Assembly: GCA_947166105.1 (NCBI GenBank)
Contig: CAMVCZ010000010.1
Span: forward strand, 3,037-67,036
Length of the DNA: 64,000 nucleotides
Reading direction: 5' to 3'
DNA from: an uncultured Bacteroidales bacterium
GTDB lineage: Bacteria > Bacteroidota > Bacteroidia > Bacteroidales > F082
In this document: piece after piece, positions 1 through 9,932 of the stretch
Layout of the letters: each line of letters opens with the position of its first letter
How positions within the stretch are numbered: position 1 is the first letter of the stretch
Notes under the pieces: model-generated
What the model saw: only the letters and a program-made list of their open reading frames with translations
Told to the model about the DNA's origin: nothing
Databases searched by the model: none
Translations under genes and position numbers: made by a program

Positions 1-1708
1 GCTTGTTGAGGAAATTGAGCACCACCACGTCGTGTTTCTGTCCATAACGATGGCAACGCCCAATGCGTTGCTCGATGCGCTGGGGGTTCCAAGGCATGTC
101 GTAGTTGACCACCAAAGAGCAAAACTGAAGGTTGATGCCTTCCGCCGCCGCCTCGGTTGCAATCATTATCGTGGCGTTGTCGCGGAAGAAATCCACGATG
201 GCGGCGCGTTTGTCGGCGGTAGCCGAACCCGTGATTTTGCTGCTGCCTTTGTGCTTTTCGAGCCAATCCTTGTAGATGGCCGTTGAGCGTTTGTCGCTGT
301 TCGAGCCGTTGAACAGCACGACCTTTCCTTTGTAGCCGTTTTTCTCGCACAACTCAAACAGGAAATCCTGCGTCCGCCTCGATTCTGTAAAAAGCAAAGC
401 CTTCTTGTTGGCGCCCAAGCGTTCCAATTCCTCAAAGCCCTTGTTCAAGGCGATGAACAAATGTTCTGCCTTGCTGTTTTTCCTGATTTTTGCCGCCAAC
501 GCCTGAAATTCCTTCAAGTCCTCCAATTCGTTCTTGATTCCCTCTATCTCATTGGGATGCAAGCCGTATGCAGGAGCGGATTCGTTGGCCATAAATGCAT
601 ACGTTTCCTCCTCATCGTCGTCAAGCCAATAGTCGATGTTGTCGTCCAAGCCATCGTAATCCAGTGTTGTGGCATCCCATTCCACCTTGGTTTCCTGATG
701 GGCGAGAATAGCCTCCAGACGCTCGATGAGGCGTGAAAGCGTTCCGTAAATTGCGTATGTGGAAGAAGCCAGCAATTTGCGCAAAATCATCGTCATCAAT
801 TGCCGCTGGCTGTTGGGCAAGGCGTGCAACACAGGTCGCTGCAAATACTCCGAAACCAATTCATACAGTTTCTGTTCGTTGTCGGTCGGATAATATTCCT
901 CGCAAATGGCCACACGCTTCGTGAACTTGATGTATTCCAACACCTGACGGCGCAAGGTGCGTTTGCAAACAGGCTGCAATCGGCTCCGAAGGCTGCGGTA
1001 GTCGCTTTCCGTCAAGGCCTTGCTGTATTGGCTCTTGAAACTTTTCAAGTCGCCAAAAACGAAATCATCAATGATGGACACCAAGCCATACAATTCGAGG
1101 ATGGAATTTTGCAGCGGTGTGGCCGTCAGCAGTATTTTTTTCCGCTTGAGCAAGGCCTCTTTCAGTGTGTTGGCGATGCGATTGGTCGGTTTATACACAT
1201 TGCGAAGCCTATGCGCCTCGTCAATCACCACCAAATCCCACGCGGTTTGTTTCAGATAAGCGGCTTTTGCCCGCGCAAACTGATAAGAACAAACCACGAC
1301 TTCCTCACGGCTGAACGGATTAAAGTTTCCCTTCTCGATTTCCTGATTGAACGTTTTCGTCTCGAGAATCGCCGAAGGCAAGAAGAACTTCTCCATCAAC
1401 TCCGCCGACCATTGCTTGCGCAAATTGGCAGGGCAGATGATGAGCAACCGGCGTTTGTGTTCGGCCCATTGCTGCGAAAGGATGATTCCCGCCTCGATGG
1501 TTTTGCCCAAACCAACCTCGTCAGCCAAAATCGCCCCATTCGACAGCGGCGACTTGAAGGCAAACAAGGCGGCATCAATTTGGTGCGGGGTCAAATCCAC
1601 CTGCGCATCGTGCAAGGATGCCGTCAGTTTGTCCCGATTATTGGCAGGCAAACGCCTTGTCAGATAATGGGCAAAAAACTTGGCGTGATATGGGGTGATT
1701 GGGTTCAT
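1..1708 (-). CDS. SNF2/DEAD-like superfamily-2 helicase, N-terminal ~569 codons (3' end runs off the left window edge)
   Basis: Absent from the ORF track because it is open at the window edge. My own minus-strand translation from ATG 1708 reads MNPITPYHAKFF..LTPHQIDAALFAF..ILADEVGLGKTIEAG (motif I)..VVIDEAHRLRN (motif II)..LLTATPLQNS (motif III)..ATEAAAEGINLQ..NPQRIEQRIGRCHRYGQ (motif VI). The + ORF 800..1723 is its antisense shadow. Confidence 0.85.
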   Translation of the reverse strand, partial: MNPITPYHAKFFAHYLTRRLPANNRDKLTASLHDAQVDLTPHQIDAALFAFKSPLSNGAILADEVGLGKTIEAGIILSQQWAEHKRRLLIICPANLRKQWSAELMEKFFLPSAILETKTFNQEIEKGNFNPFSREEVVVCSYQFARAKAAYLKQTAWDLVVIDEAHRLRNVYKPTNRIANTLKEALLKRKKILLTATPLQNSILELYGLVSIIDDFVFGDLKSFKSQYSKALTESDYRSLRSRLQPVCKRTLRRQVLEYIKFTKRVAICEEYYPTDNEQKLYELVSEYLQRPVLHALPNSQRQLMTMILRKLLASSTYAIYGTLSRLIERLEAILAHQETKVEWDATTLDYDGLDDNIDYWLDDDEEETYAFMANESAPAYGLHPNEIEGIKNELEDLKEFQALAAKIRKNSKAEHLFIALNKGFEELERLGANKKALLFTESRRTQDFLFELCEKNGYKGKVVLFNGSNSDKRSTAIYKDWLEKHKGSSKITGSATADKRAAIVDFFRDNATIMIATEAAAEGINLQFCSLVVNYDMPWNPQRIEQRIGRCHRYGQKHDVVVLNFLNK

Positions 1709-1734
1709 TACATGGATAAATGACATTTAACTTG

Positions 1735-1742
1735 CAAAGATA
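1735..1742 (-). promoter_or_regulatory. Bacteroidetes-type -7 promoter box (TATCTTTG = TAnnTTTG) for the helicase gene
   Basis: The reverse complement of caaagata matches TAnnTTTG, 26 nt upstream of ATG 1708. Confidence 0.45.
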
Positions 1743-1859
1743 TATCATTTCACCCATAAAAACAAGAAAAAAAAACACTTTGCAATTATGGGGAAAATCT
1801 ATCCACATTGACAAAATGGTCAAGGTCAGTCCTTCGGCAAGCTCTTGAATCATAACTCT

Positions 1860-2291
1860 TTATTTCGTCACGAACTTACTCTGATACTTAAACAGTATAT
1901 ACTGGTCCGCGTTCATGTCGTAATCGATGGTGTGGACGCAGAAGCGGCAGTATTCGTAGGTGCCGTCATCCAAGAGCAGGCGACCCACATAGCCGTCTTG
2001 TAGGTTGATGTGCTCGATGGTGTCCGTCCAACCGTCTCTCGGGATTTTGTTGACCATGCTCAGGCGATACACCAAATCCTTCACAAAGGCAAACTCCACC
2101 TGACTGGTACCCGTGTTCGTAATGTTGAAGTCGCCATCGGCGACGAGATTCACGTCGCCCTGAGAGAAGAAGTTAACACCCTCGGTATGGCCAAGATACA
2201 TCACGCCCACCTGATAATCCGTCTCACCTGGAACGCAGGCGGATAAACCTAAGAGCGCAAAAAATAATACTATTATCTTTCTGTTTTTCAT
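1860..2291 (-). CDS. hypothetical lipoprotein
   Basis: 143-aa ORF with an N-terminal signal peptide and lipobox (MKNRKIIVLFFALLGLSAC). No recognisable catalytic motif. Confidence 0.6.
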   Translation of the reverse strand: MKNRKIIVLFFALLGLSACVPGETDYQVGVMYLGHTEGVNFFSQGDVNLVADGDFNITNTGTSQVEFAFVKDLVYRLSMVNKIPRDGWTDTIEHINLQDGYVGRLLLDDGTYEYCRFCVHTIDYDMNADQYILFKYQSKFVTK

Positions 2292-2294
2292 TCT

Positions 2295-4058
2295 TTATCC
2301 TCCAATTTCATCCAACTCTAACCACCGCAATTCCTTCTCGTCCAGCAAATCCTTGATCTCCTGCAAGCGGTTGCCCATTTCGTGGAGTTTCTGGTAGTCG
2401 GTTTCGCTGTTTAAGGCTTCAGTGAGGGTTTGTTTTTCGGCCTCAAGTTCGGCCATTTCTTTGGTAAGGTTCTCATACTCACGCTGTTCCTTGAAAGAGC
2501 GTTTCACCTTCTCGCGCTGCTTGACGGGACGAGGCTCATCTTTCTTTTCCGCCGCTTTTTCCTTGCGTTCCTCTTTTTGCTTCGCGTCGAGATAGTCCTT
2601 GTATTGGCTGTAATTGCCCATGAAACCTTTTACGTTGCCATCGCCTTGAAACACAAAGAGTTGGTCAACGACTTCATCCATGAAGAAACGGTCGTGCGAA
2701 ACCACCAAAAGGCATCCTTTGTAGCCTTGCAGAAATTCCTCCAACTTCTGTAAAGTCAAGAGGTCCAAGTCATTGGTTGGCTCGTCAAGGATGAGGAAGT
2801 TGGGATTGCTGACGAGCACGGTGAGCAAGTAAAGCCGCCGTTTCTCGCCTCCGCTGAGCAAGGCCACGGGCTGGCGGTGCATCTTGTAGGGGAACATGAA
2901 ATGCGCCAAAAGTTGGTCGGCGGTATAGACCTTGTCCTTGCCGTAATTGACCACCTCGGCGATGTCGCGCACGGTGTCAATCACGCTCTTGCCCTCATCG
3001 AATTTGATGCCTTCTTGTCGGTAATAGCCGTAACTCACTGTTTCACCAGTCTTTATACGGCCACGGTCAGGCAAGACAGAGCCTGTTATGAGGTTGAGGA
3101 AAGTCGATTTTCCCACGCCGTTTTTCCCAATCAGTCCGATGCGCTCGCCACGCTTGAAAACATAATCGAAGTCCTTCAAAACGGCAAGCTCGCCGTAGGA
3201 TTTCGACACATTGCTCATTTCCAGTATCTTGCCGCCCAGCCTTTGCATCTGCAAGCCAAACTCCAAACGCTCGTCCTGTTCCTGGTATTTCGAGCGTTCC
3301 TTCAAGTCGTAAAAGGCATCGATGCGGCTTTTCGACTTGCCCGTGCGGGCTTGCGGCGTGCTGCGCATCCATTCCAATTCATACTTCAGCAGTTGGCTGT
3401 TGCGCTCCGCCGTGGCGCGTTTCACCTCCTCTCGCTCGCGGCTTTTCTGCACATAATAGTCGAAGTTGCCGTTGTGGGTGTACATCACGCCTTGGTAGAG
3501 TTCAAAAATCTTATTGCACACTCTGTCAAGGAAATAGCGGTCGTGCGTGACCATTAGCAGGGTCATGCTGGATTGGGTGAGAAACTTCTCCAACCATTCC
3601 ACCATCTCCACATCCAAGTGGTTGGTTGGCTCGTCAAGTATCAGGAAATCAGGCTCATGCAAGAGCACCAATGCCAAAGCCAAGCGTTTCACCTGTCCAC
3701 CCGAAAGTTCGTCAACGGATTGCTCCAAATCATTGAGCGCAAAGCGGGTCAAATATTGTCGCGCTTTCAGGTGTTGCTCCTCGTTCAGGTCGTCGAGCAA
3801 ATCGGAAATCCGTGTTCCGGCGGGATACACGGGCAGTTGTTCCAAGTAGCCGATTTTCAAGTCGTTGGCGTAGGTAATCGTCCCTGTGTCGGGCGACTCC
3901 TTCCCTACCAAAATCTTTAGCATGGTCGATTTGCCCGATCCATTCGTGGCAATCAAGGCGGTTTTGTCACCCTTCTCAATGCCAAAGGTGACATCGGCAA
4001 ACAAAGTCTTGATTCCGAATGACTTGGAGATGGAATTGACAGAAAGGTAATTCATCAC
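2295..4058 (-). CDS. ABC-F family ATPase (two ABC domains, no transmembrane domain, charged coiled-coil C-terminal tail)
   Basis: Two Walker A motifs (ATNGSGKST, GKNGVGKST), two ABC signatures (LSGGQVKR, LSGGEKRR), and a K/E-rich C-terminus. Confidence 0.9.
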   Translation of the reverse strand: MMNYLSVNSISKSFGIKTLFADVTFGIEKGDKTALIATNGSGKSTMLKILVGKESPDTGTITYANDLKIGYLEQLPVYPAGTRISDLLDDLNEEQHLKARQYLTRFALNDLEQSVDELSGGQVKRLALALVLLHEPDFLILDEPTNHLDVEMVEWLEKFLTQSSMTLLMVTHDRYFLDRVCNKIFELYQGVMYTHNGNFDYYVQKSREREEVKRATAERNSQLLKYELEWMRSTPQARTGKSKSRIDAFYDLKERSKYQEQDERLEFGLQMQRLGGKILEMSNVSKSYGELAVLKDFDYVFKRGERIGLIGKNGVGKSTFLNLITGSVLPDRGRIKTGETVSYGYYRQEGIKFDEGKSVIDTVRDIAEVVNYGKDKVYTADQLLAHFMFPYKMHRQPVALLSGGEKRRLYLLTVLVSNPNFLILDEPTNDLDLLTLQKLEEFLQGYKGCLLVVSHDRFFMDEVVDQLFVFQGDGNVKGFMGNYSQYKDYLDAKQKEERKEKAAEKKDEPRPVKQREKVKRSFKEQREYENLTKEMAELEAEKQTLTEALNSETDYQKLHEMGNRLQEIKDLLDEKELRWLELDEIGG

Positions 4059-4516
4059 GCGAACCGCTTGACGTATTCGATGGGATATTGGCTCTTTTCG
4101 GAAACCTGCTCCACCGTCAAGCCCGATTTCAACAGTTTCTTGATGACTGCATCCATCGCCTCACCCACTTCAATGATATGGAAATCAGGGTCATAGAAGC
4201 GAACCACTCGCTGACCCCAAGGCATTTCCTCCACGCCGTGCACATACTTGAGTTTGGGGAATTCCTTCAGGTATTCGAGGAAACGGTCAAAGTTTTCCTC
4301 CTCGAAATAAAGTTCAACGGCGTTGTTCTTGCGGCGCACGTTCTCTGTGTGGATCATGGCCTTCCAAGTCTTCATCTCCTGAAGCGCGAAACCGCCCTCA
4401 AACACAACATTCTCGCCAAAGTTCATCGCGACCCTGTCGCCAATCAGTTCTTCATAAAACTCAATGGATTTCTCCATGTCGGTAACCGCAAGCAGCGGAC
4501 ATTTGAATTTCAGCAT
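4055..4516 (-). CDS. VOC (glyoxalase/bleomycin-resistance/dioxygenase) family protein
   Basis: I used the internal ATG (MLKFKCPLLAVTDMEKSIEFYEELIG..). The longer ORF to 4636 would overlap the upstream gene and its terminator. The stop overlaps the ABC-F start (ATGA). Confidence 0.6.
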   Translation of the reverse strand: MLKFKCPLLAVTDMEKSIEFYEELIGDRVAMNFGENVVFEGGFALQEMKTWKAMIHTENVRRKNNAVELYFEEENFDRFLEYLKEFPKLKYVHGVEEMPWGQRVVRFYDPDFHIIEVGEAMDAVIKKLLKSGLTVEQVSEKSQYPIEYVKRFA

Positions 4517-4540
4517 AACAGTCAATTTTGATTGTGCAAA

Positions 4541-4574
4541 AATAAAAAAAGCCTCGCATCCAACGACACGAGGC
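4541..4574 (-). terminator. intrinsic terminator after the aldose epimerase gene
   Basis: On the minus strand a GCCTCG..CGAGGC hairpin (4551-4574) is followed by a T-run (plus-strand aataaaaaaa, 4541-4550). Confidence 0.6.
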
Positions 4575-4593
4575 ACAACATTTTTCGCATTGC

Positions 4594-5754
4594 TTATTTC
4601 TTTTCCTTGGGCTTCACCGAGAACTTGTAGATGCAAAGTTGATGGTATTCCTCGCCGGGGTTGAGAATCGGCGTGGGTGCCAAGGCCTCATGGTTGATGG
4701 CATCAGGGAAAAACTGCGTTTCGAGGGCCAAACCTTCACGGTATTTCAAAGGCTTGCCACATTTGCCTATGGCCTTGCCGTTGAAGAAGTTACCGCTATA
4801 GAACTGCATACCAACTTGGTCGCTCCACACCTGCATTTCGCGTCCGCTGACGGGTTCGGTGAGGGTGGCGTTCCAAGCGTAGGCCTTCGGGTCGCTCTTG
4901 TCGATAATCCAGTTGTGGTCGTAGCCTTTCGCGTTTCTCAATTGCTCGTCGTCGGCGCCAATGTTGTCGCCAATGCGGTGCTTTTCGCGGAAGTCGAAAG
5001 GCGTATTCTTCACGCCCGAGAACTTGCCCGTGGTCAAGATGTGCTCATCGATAGTGGTCATGTAGCGCGAATTGATTTGCAGTTCGTGATCGAGGATGGT
5101 GCCGTTGCCCTCGCCCTTCAGGTTGAAGAAGGAATGGTGCGAAAGGTTGCACAACGTAGGGGCATCGGTAGTGGCCGCATAGCGGATAACAAACTGATTG
5201 TCATGCGTCAAGGTGTAACTCATATTCACATCAAGGTTGCCTGGGAAACCGTCCTCGCCATCGGCAAAAACGGTGTGCATCTTTATCACGCTGTCATTGA
5301 CCGAAACCACATCCCAAACACGTTTGTCTGCACCAGTGAGGCCGCCATGCAACGTGTTCTCGCCGTCATTCTTAGTCAACTGATACTCAACATCATTCAG
5401 AGTGAATTTGGCATTGGAAATGCGGTTGGCGCAACGCCCGACGACGGCACCCAAATAACGCTCGCCTTCGTTGTTCAAATACTTCTCGATACGGTCGTAA
5501 CCAAGAACGATGTCCTCGAAACTACCGCGATTGTCGGGCATCCAAAGGGCGACTACGCGACCGCCGTAGTTGGTGACCTGCATCGTCAGAAAACCATTGT
5601 GCAAGGTATAAAGCGAAACCTTCTTGCCGTCCACCTCAGTATTGAAGTTTTCGGTGGGAATCAACTGGACTTCTTTCTTTTTTGGTCCGCAACTGACTAA
5701 TAATAAAGCCATTGCAAAAATCGATAATGCTTTTTTCATCTTCTTCGATTTCAA
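4594..5754 (-). CDS. galM: aldose 1-epimerase (galactose mutarotase), lipoprotein form
   Basis: Signal peptide with lipobox (LLLVSCG). Mutarotase motifs GAVVGRCANRI and NTLHGG, with family-typical length. Confidence 0.85.
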   Translation of the reverse strand: MKSKKMKKALSIFAMALLLVSCGPKKKEVQLIPTENFNTEVDGKKVSLYTLHNGFLTMQVTNYGGRVVALWMPDNRGSFEDIVLGYDRIEKYLNNEGERYLGAVVGRCANRISNAKFTLNDVEYQLTKNDGENTLHGGLTGADKRVWDVVSVNDSVIKMHTVFADGEDGFPGNLDVNMSYTLTHDNQFVIRYAATTDAPTLCNLSHHSFFNLKGEGNGTILDHELQINSRYMTTIDEHILTTGKFSGVKNTPFDFREKHRIGDNIGADDEQLRNAKGYDHNWIIDKSDPKAYAWNATLTEPVSGREMQVWSDQVGMQFYSGNFFNGKAIGKCGKPLKYREGLALETQFFPDAINHEALAPTPILNPGEEYHQLCIYKFSVKPKEKK

Positions 5755-5773
5755 TCTTCAAAATTTGAGCCTG

Positions 5774-5781
5774 CAAAAGTA
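5774..5781 (-). promoter_or_regulatory. -7 promoter box (TACTTTTG) upstream of galM
   Basis: The reverse complement of caaaagta matches TAnnTTTG, about 20 nt upstream of the ORF start. Confidence 0.4.
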
Positions 5782-5811
5782 CAAAAACTTTCTTTTCGTA
5801 CAAACAGAATT

Positions 5812-7266
5812 TTAATGCGTTCTGACTACACCCTGATAATCAACTACTTTTTGCCTGCGCAAAAAATCAATCATCATCTCCTCGGAAGTCCTGAACAGGC
5901 TCCGCCCGTCGTCGACGCTCTCGATGTTGACCGTGGAGGCCATGTAACTGTTGAAGGCCACCTTATACACCTTCTTGGTCGAGAAACTTGTGCCTTCCAT
6001 GTTGATCCACACTGACTTACCGTCGTCGCTCACCCGATAGGTCATGCCCGAAACGTAGGACGGATGGCCGCCGTTTTTGCGGTAGGAATTGAGAATGAAC
6101 CGCTTCACCTGCTCGCCGGTCATGCGGAACACGACCACATCGTTGTTGAACGGATCGATGCTGTAGACATCCTTCACGGTGATGGGGCCTTTCTTCAGGT
6201 AGTTGACGCGCACCCCGCCCGTGTTTTGGAAGGCGAAGTCGGCACCACTCATCTCGCGGATGGCATCGGTTATCATGCAGCCCAACTCCTCTGGGTTCTC
6301 AAACTTGGTCTTCGCCGTCGCGATAGGCTCGTTCAAGGCGGGCGCGTCGTTGAACCCGTTCACCATTTGCCTGATTTCGGGTTTTTCTTTCCTTACCTTG
6401 CTGACATTCAGCACAATGGCCTCTTTATTGACAACCTTGTGGCCTTCCACCTCTAATTTAATCAAGGTGGCGAATTTCAGGTGCGAGCCAGATTGTGTAA
6501 CTAACACGCCGTTGGTTTCGCGAGGATGCTCAATCAAGGTGTGGCTGTGGCCGCCGATGATGGCATCGAGCCACGGATAGGCTTGGGCTATTTCCATGTC
6601 GTCCTCAATGCCGCAATGCGAAAGCAAAATCACCACATCATTCTGGTTTCTAAGGTATTGGTACTTAGGAAGCACATCGAAAGCGCGTTTGAAACTCACT
6701 TTTTTCAGGTTGTCGGGATGCGCACCCGGAATACCATCGTGGCGGACTTCAATCATGCCGACTACTGCCATCTTAACGCCTTGGTTTTCAAAGGTCAAGA
6801 AAGGCTTGATGCTGAGATTGACCGTGTCGGGGATGACGACATTGGCGCAAAGGAAGGGGAAGTTGGCCCGAAGGATGTCGTTTTGCAAATTCACGATGTT
6901 GCCGTCCCATTCGTGGTTGCCCACGGCGCAAAGGTCGAAGCCGGTTTGGTTCATCAGTTCGATCATGGGGTAATTGACGGGGTCGTACTGGTCGTTCACG
7001 GGGTTGCCCGTGCGGTTGTCGCCTGCCGAAAACAGCAGCAAATCAGGGTAGATGGCCCTCAAACTGTCGACCATCGCGGCAAATTTGGGAAACAGGTCGA
7101 TGTTGGCGTGCATGTCGTTGACCGACAAGATGACGATTTCGGTATTGCACGCAGCGTCCTGATTGCCAGCGTGTTCAGTTGGGTTTTCAGGTTGGTAGCG
7201 AAGGACGAGATACAACACCACGGCCACCAAAGCGAGCAGTAATAACAACTTTTTCTTGTTCATCAT
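5812..7266 (-). CDS. bifunctional metallophosphatase/5'-nucleotidase (UshA-like)
   Basis: Calcineurin-like motifs SVNDMHANI, SAGDNRTGNP, VGNHEWD and GGHSH, plus a C-terminal 5'-nucleotidase-like half and an N-terminal membrane anchor. Confidence 0.85.
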   Translation of the reverse strand: MMNKKKLLLLLALVAVVLYLVLRYQPENPTEHAGNQDAACNTEIVILSVNDMHANIDLFPKFAAMVDSLRAIYPDLLLFSAGDNRTGNPVNDQYDPVNYPMIELMNQTGFDLCAVGNHEWDGNIVNLQNDILRANFPFLCANVVIPDTVNLSIKPFLTFENQGVKMAVVGMIEVRHDGIPGAHPDNLKKVSFKRAFDVLPKYQYLRNQNDVVILLSHCGIEDDMEIAQAYPWLDAIIGGHSHTLIEHPRETNGVLVTQSGSHLKFATLIKLEVEGHKVVNKEAIVLNVSKVRKEKPEIRQMVNGFNDAPALNEPIATAKTKFENPEELGCMITDAIREMSGADFAFQNTGGVRVNYLKKGPITVKDVYSIDPFNNDVVVFRMTGEQVKRFILNSYRKNGGHPSYVSGMTYRVSDDGKSVWINMEGTSFSTKKVYKVAFNSYMASTVNIESVDDGRSLFRTSEEMMIDFLRRQKVVDYQGVVRTH

Positions 7267-7267
7267 T

Positions 7268-7663
7268 TCAATAGATTATTCTCTCAATTATCGAAATCAA
7301 TTCTTTCGCTTTGGGAATCATGGGCAAAACCTCTTCCTCTGTCGTCTCGAAAAGACAAGTGTAATCGCTTTTCTCGCGCATAGTTTCCAAACGTGCAAAA
7401 AACCTCCCGTATTCGGCATCAATCAAGCCTTCCTTGACAAAATGCTTGCTGAAAAGCACAGAAACGCCCTGATGCGATTCCGCGTGAAGTCCGTTCTTAA
7501 TCAATAGAGCCGTAACAGCATGAAAAACAGCATAATAAACTCTATTGGCCAAAGTATCCCAAAGTTTGGCGTTTTCAAGTATCGGAAACTGGTCAATCAG
7601 ACGGTGGGCTTTCTCAATTTCAAACTCCACCATGATTTTTCTTTCTTCGTCGTTGAGGCTCAT
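7268..7663 (-). CDS. HEPN domain protein (toxin partner of the MNT gene)
   Basis: 131 aa with ANRVYYAVFHAVTALLIKNGL..ESHQG, typical of HEPN. ATGA overlap with the upstream MNT gene. Confidence 0.75.
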   Translation of the reverse strand: MSLNDEERKIMVEFEIEKAHRLIDQFPILENAKLWDTLANRVYYAVFHAVTALLIKNGLHAESHQGVSVLFSKHFVKEGLIDAEYGRFFARLETMREKSDYTCLFETTEEEVLPMIPKAKELISIIERIIY

Positions 7664-7977
7664 ATCAGTACAATTTTATCGTGTTCAACATTGTGATAAA
7701 ACGGGGAAAACGACATGGCTTCCCATTGGCTCACAGTGTAAAGATGGGCGGAAACCGGCACGCCATAATCATACCCCAAGGCGATAAACGGGTAGGAATA
7801 GTTGTCGAAATCGGAATACTCTTCCTTGTCCTTGTCCAGCAGAATCAGCAAATCCCAATCGGAATCAGGCTTGTAATTGCCACGGGCACGCGACCCATAG
7901 AGATACAAGTGGCCATCGGCGGGAATGATTTCCCTACCCAGCCGTTGGATTTGGTTCAGAAGGTCGTTTGCAGCCAT
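7660..7977 (-). CDS. minimal nucleotidyltransferase (MNT/MntA-like antitoxin)
   Basis: LYLYGSRARGNYKPDSDWDLLILL matches the GSxxxG..DxD Pol-beta nucleotidyltransferase motif. Start placed at the internal ATG (MAANDLL). Confidence 0.75.
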   Translation of the reverse strand: MAANDLLNQIQRLGREIIPADGHLYLYGSRARGNYKPDSDWDLLILLDKDKEEYSDFDNYSYPFIALGYDYGVPVSAHLYTVSQWEAMSFSPFYHNVEHDKIVLI

Positions 7978-8065
7978 AGTTATCCAGTTGGTTTCCGACT
8001 GCAAAGATAAACAAATTTTGTTTTCAATTGTTGTTCTGCTATTTCTCAAAACAAAATGGCAGCCG

Positions 8066-9730
8066 CTATTTCGTTTGCGGCTGCTCCTTTATCCATTTGC
8101 CTGATTCGGCTTCCCTGCCATTTGCCATCACCCTCCAAACATACACCCCCGCAGGCCATCCTTCTGCATCTATCGAAGTGACATCCTCCGTTATCTCTTG
8201 CCCATAAACCATCCTCCCGCTCATATCATACACCTCCACCCGCGCATCCTTCAACCCCGTCCTGATGTTCAGCGTTTCTTTACCGGGGTTGGGATAGGCT
8301 ATGGCCACTTTCAGGCCGCTCGCATGGGCTTCGTCTATGCCGACGAGGGCGTTAGCCGGATACTTCCTCACCACATTCATCTTCACATCGTTGAGAAGGT
8401 CCAACTCCCACGAAACCAACACCACTCCGCCGTCTTCCGTGGCCGTGATGCCGTAGGCCCAATAACTTTTCCTGTCGTTCTCCTCACCGAAAAACACCGT
8501 GGAAATGGTGTTGAACTCCGGCGTCAGGTGTTCTATCACGATCCACGAGTCTCCTCTTTGAAACCAGTCTTGGTGCAATGTATAGGCATAATAAATCGTG
8601 CTGTCGCCCAACACTTGGACACCCGACCAATCGACAGGCCAATCCAAACAATGCCCCTCCGACTTCCGATCAGCATACCTGACAATGGGCGTGTAGTTTC
8701 CGCTTCCATTGACGTCATCGTTATATTCATACAAAATGGCGTGATACCAATTGTCGTCATTTGAATCCAAGGCACAGGTCAGATAGGTTGTCCCATGCGG
8801 GCTGCGTACGACACTCATGGACTGGAAATAGAAATTAGTCGCAGGATGAACAGAGGACGGATGTCGGAAATTTCGGGTACGCACCAGATTGAAATCGTGA
8901 TCCAAATAGGCGAGGTTGCTTTCATCGCCGACGATGTCGTACTTGTAACCGTAAAACAGGTAAAGGCTGTCTGCCTTGACGATATGGCTTTGAAGATGCC
9001 GTTGCATCGCACCCGAACTACGATTTCCACAATAGCTCTTGTGGTTGAGTATGTTTCCCTCAAAATCCATCCTGAAGAACACGGTCGAGTCGTAGCCACG
9101 AGGCTTGTAAGGATCATAGCTGACAGTCCTGACATACGCGCCCACGATGTTTCCATCGTCATCAACGAAGGCGCTAATAGGCAGGAGTTGCCCACAATTG
9201 TAGTGCATGTAATGGTTAGTATTGCTTCTCCATTCAAAAGTGTCGATGGGAATTTCCAACTCGTGGCTTTCGGCTATCGAGAGGTCGTCGTTGAGCTTGT
9301 ACAGGCCGAAAATGCAATGGTCGGTCGGGGGGTCGAAGTTCCTGAAGTAGTTTGGGGAGCAAGTGTCATGGTGGGGGCTGTAGGTGATGAAAAGGAACAC
9401 CTCGCCCGAACTGTTTTCGAGCACGTATGGCACGTAAGTGAAATAGCCGTCCTTGTGGTATTGCCTTTGGAACAGTTCCTCCCCGTCGGAAGAAAGCGAC
9501 ATCAATGTGGGTGTGGGTTTATACCATCTATTGAAACTATAACAATCTTCAAGATAGCCGGTTCTGCCTGTCACCAAAATCCTTCCGTCCGATGTCTCGT
9601 AAGGCGTGTTGATTTCATAAAACTCGTCGTTCGTTGTCAGGCCTCTCCATTCCCATTCAGGCTCTTGCGCGAAAGCCTTGGCTCCCATGAGGAGAGCCAA
9701 GGCGATGATGAGTGATAATGTCTTTTTCAT
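8066..9730 (-). CDS. secreted protein with T9SS (Por) C-terminal sorting domain
   Basis: Signal peptide MKKTLSLIIALALLMGAKAFAQ. The C-terminal ~80 aa (LNIRTGLKDARVEVYDMSGRMVYGQ..GVYVWRVMANG) looks like a T9SS CTD. Start set at ATG 9730. Confidence 0.7.
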   Translation of the reverse strand: MKKTLSLIIALALLMGAKAFAQEPEWEWRGLTTNDEFYEINTPYETSDGRILVTGRTGYLEDCYSFNRWYKPTPTLMSLSSDGEELFQRQYHKDGYFTYVPYVLENSSGEVFLFITYSPHHDTCSPNYFRNFDPPTDHCIFGLYKLNDDLSIAESHELEIPIDTFEWRSNTNHYMHYNCGQLLPISAFVDDDGNIVGAYVRTVSYDPYKPRGYDSTVFFRMDFEGNILNHKSYCGNRSSGAMQRHLQSHIVKADSLYLFYGYKYDIVGDESNLAYLDHDFNLVRTRNFRHPSSVHPATNFYFQSMSVVRSPHGTTYLTCALDSNDDNWYHAILYEYNDDVNGSGNYTPIVRYADRKSEGHCLDWPVDWSGVQVLGDSTIYYAYTLHQDWFQRGDSWIVIEHLTPEFNTISTVFFGEENDRKSYWAYGITATEDGGVVLVSWELDLLNDVKMNVVRKYPANALVGIDEAHASGLKVAIAYPNPGKETLNIRTGLKDARVEVYDMSGRMVYGQEITEDVTSIDAEGWPAGVYVWRVMANGREAESGKWIKEQPQTK

Positions 9731-9917
9731 GGTTCGTGTTATTTTGAAATTAAACATGGGGCAAAAATACAAGTTTTTTGTTTTTCATACAAGAAAATTT
9801 TCGTTTTGGCAACAGTCACCAGCAAAACCATACCTATTTATTATATGGTGTCGTTTCATGCTTGCATAAATAGGAAAATCTTTAAAAACAAGGGAAAAAC
9901 GGTTTCGGAAAAAGTGC

Positions 9918-9925
9918 TATCTTTG
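9918..9925 (+). promoter_or_regulatory. -7 promoter box (TATCTTTG) only 7 nt before the kinase ATG
   Basis: Exact TAnnTTTG match. ATG at 9933. Confidence 0.35.
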
Positions 9926-9932
9926 CGCCATC

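Noticed and set aside
800-1723. 307-aa + strand ORF at the left end
   Set aside because: It is the antisense shadow of the SNF2 helicase. The minus frame carries all helicase motifs, while the + translation is low-complexity (rich in R, Q, L and G) with no motifs.
1800-1860. Possible terminator hairpin after the lipoprotein gene (tcaagg..ccttcgg..cttga)
   Set aside because: The pairing is irregular and there is no T-run on the transcribed strand.
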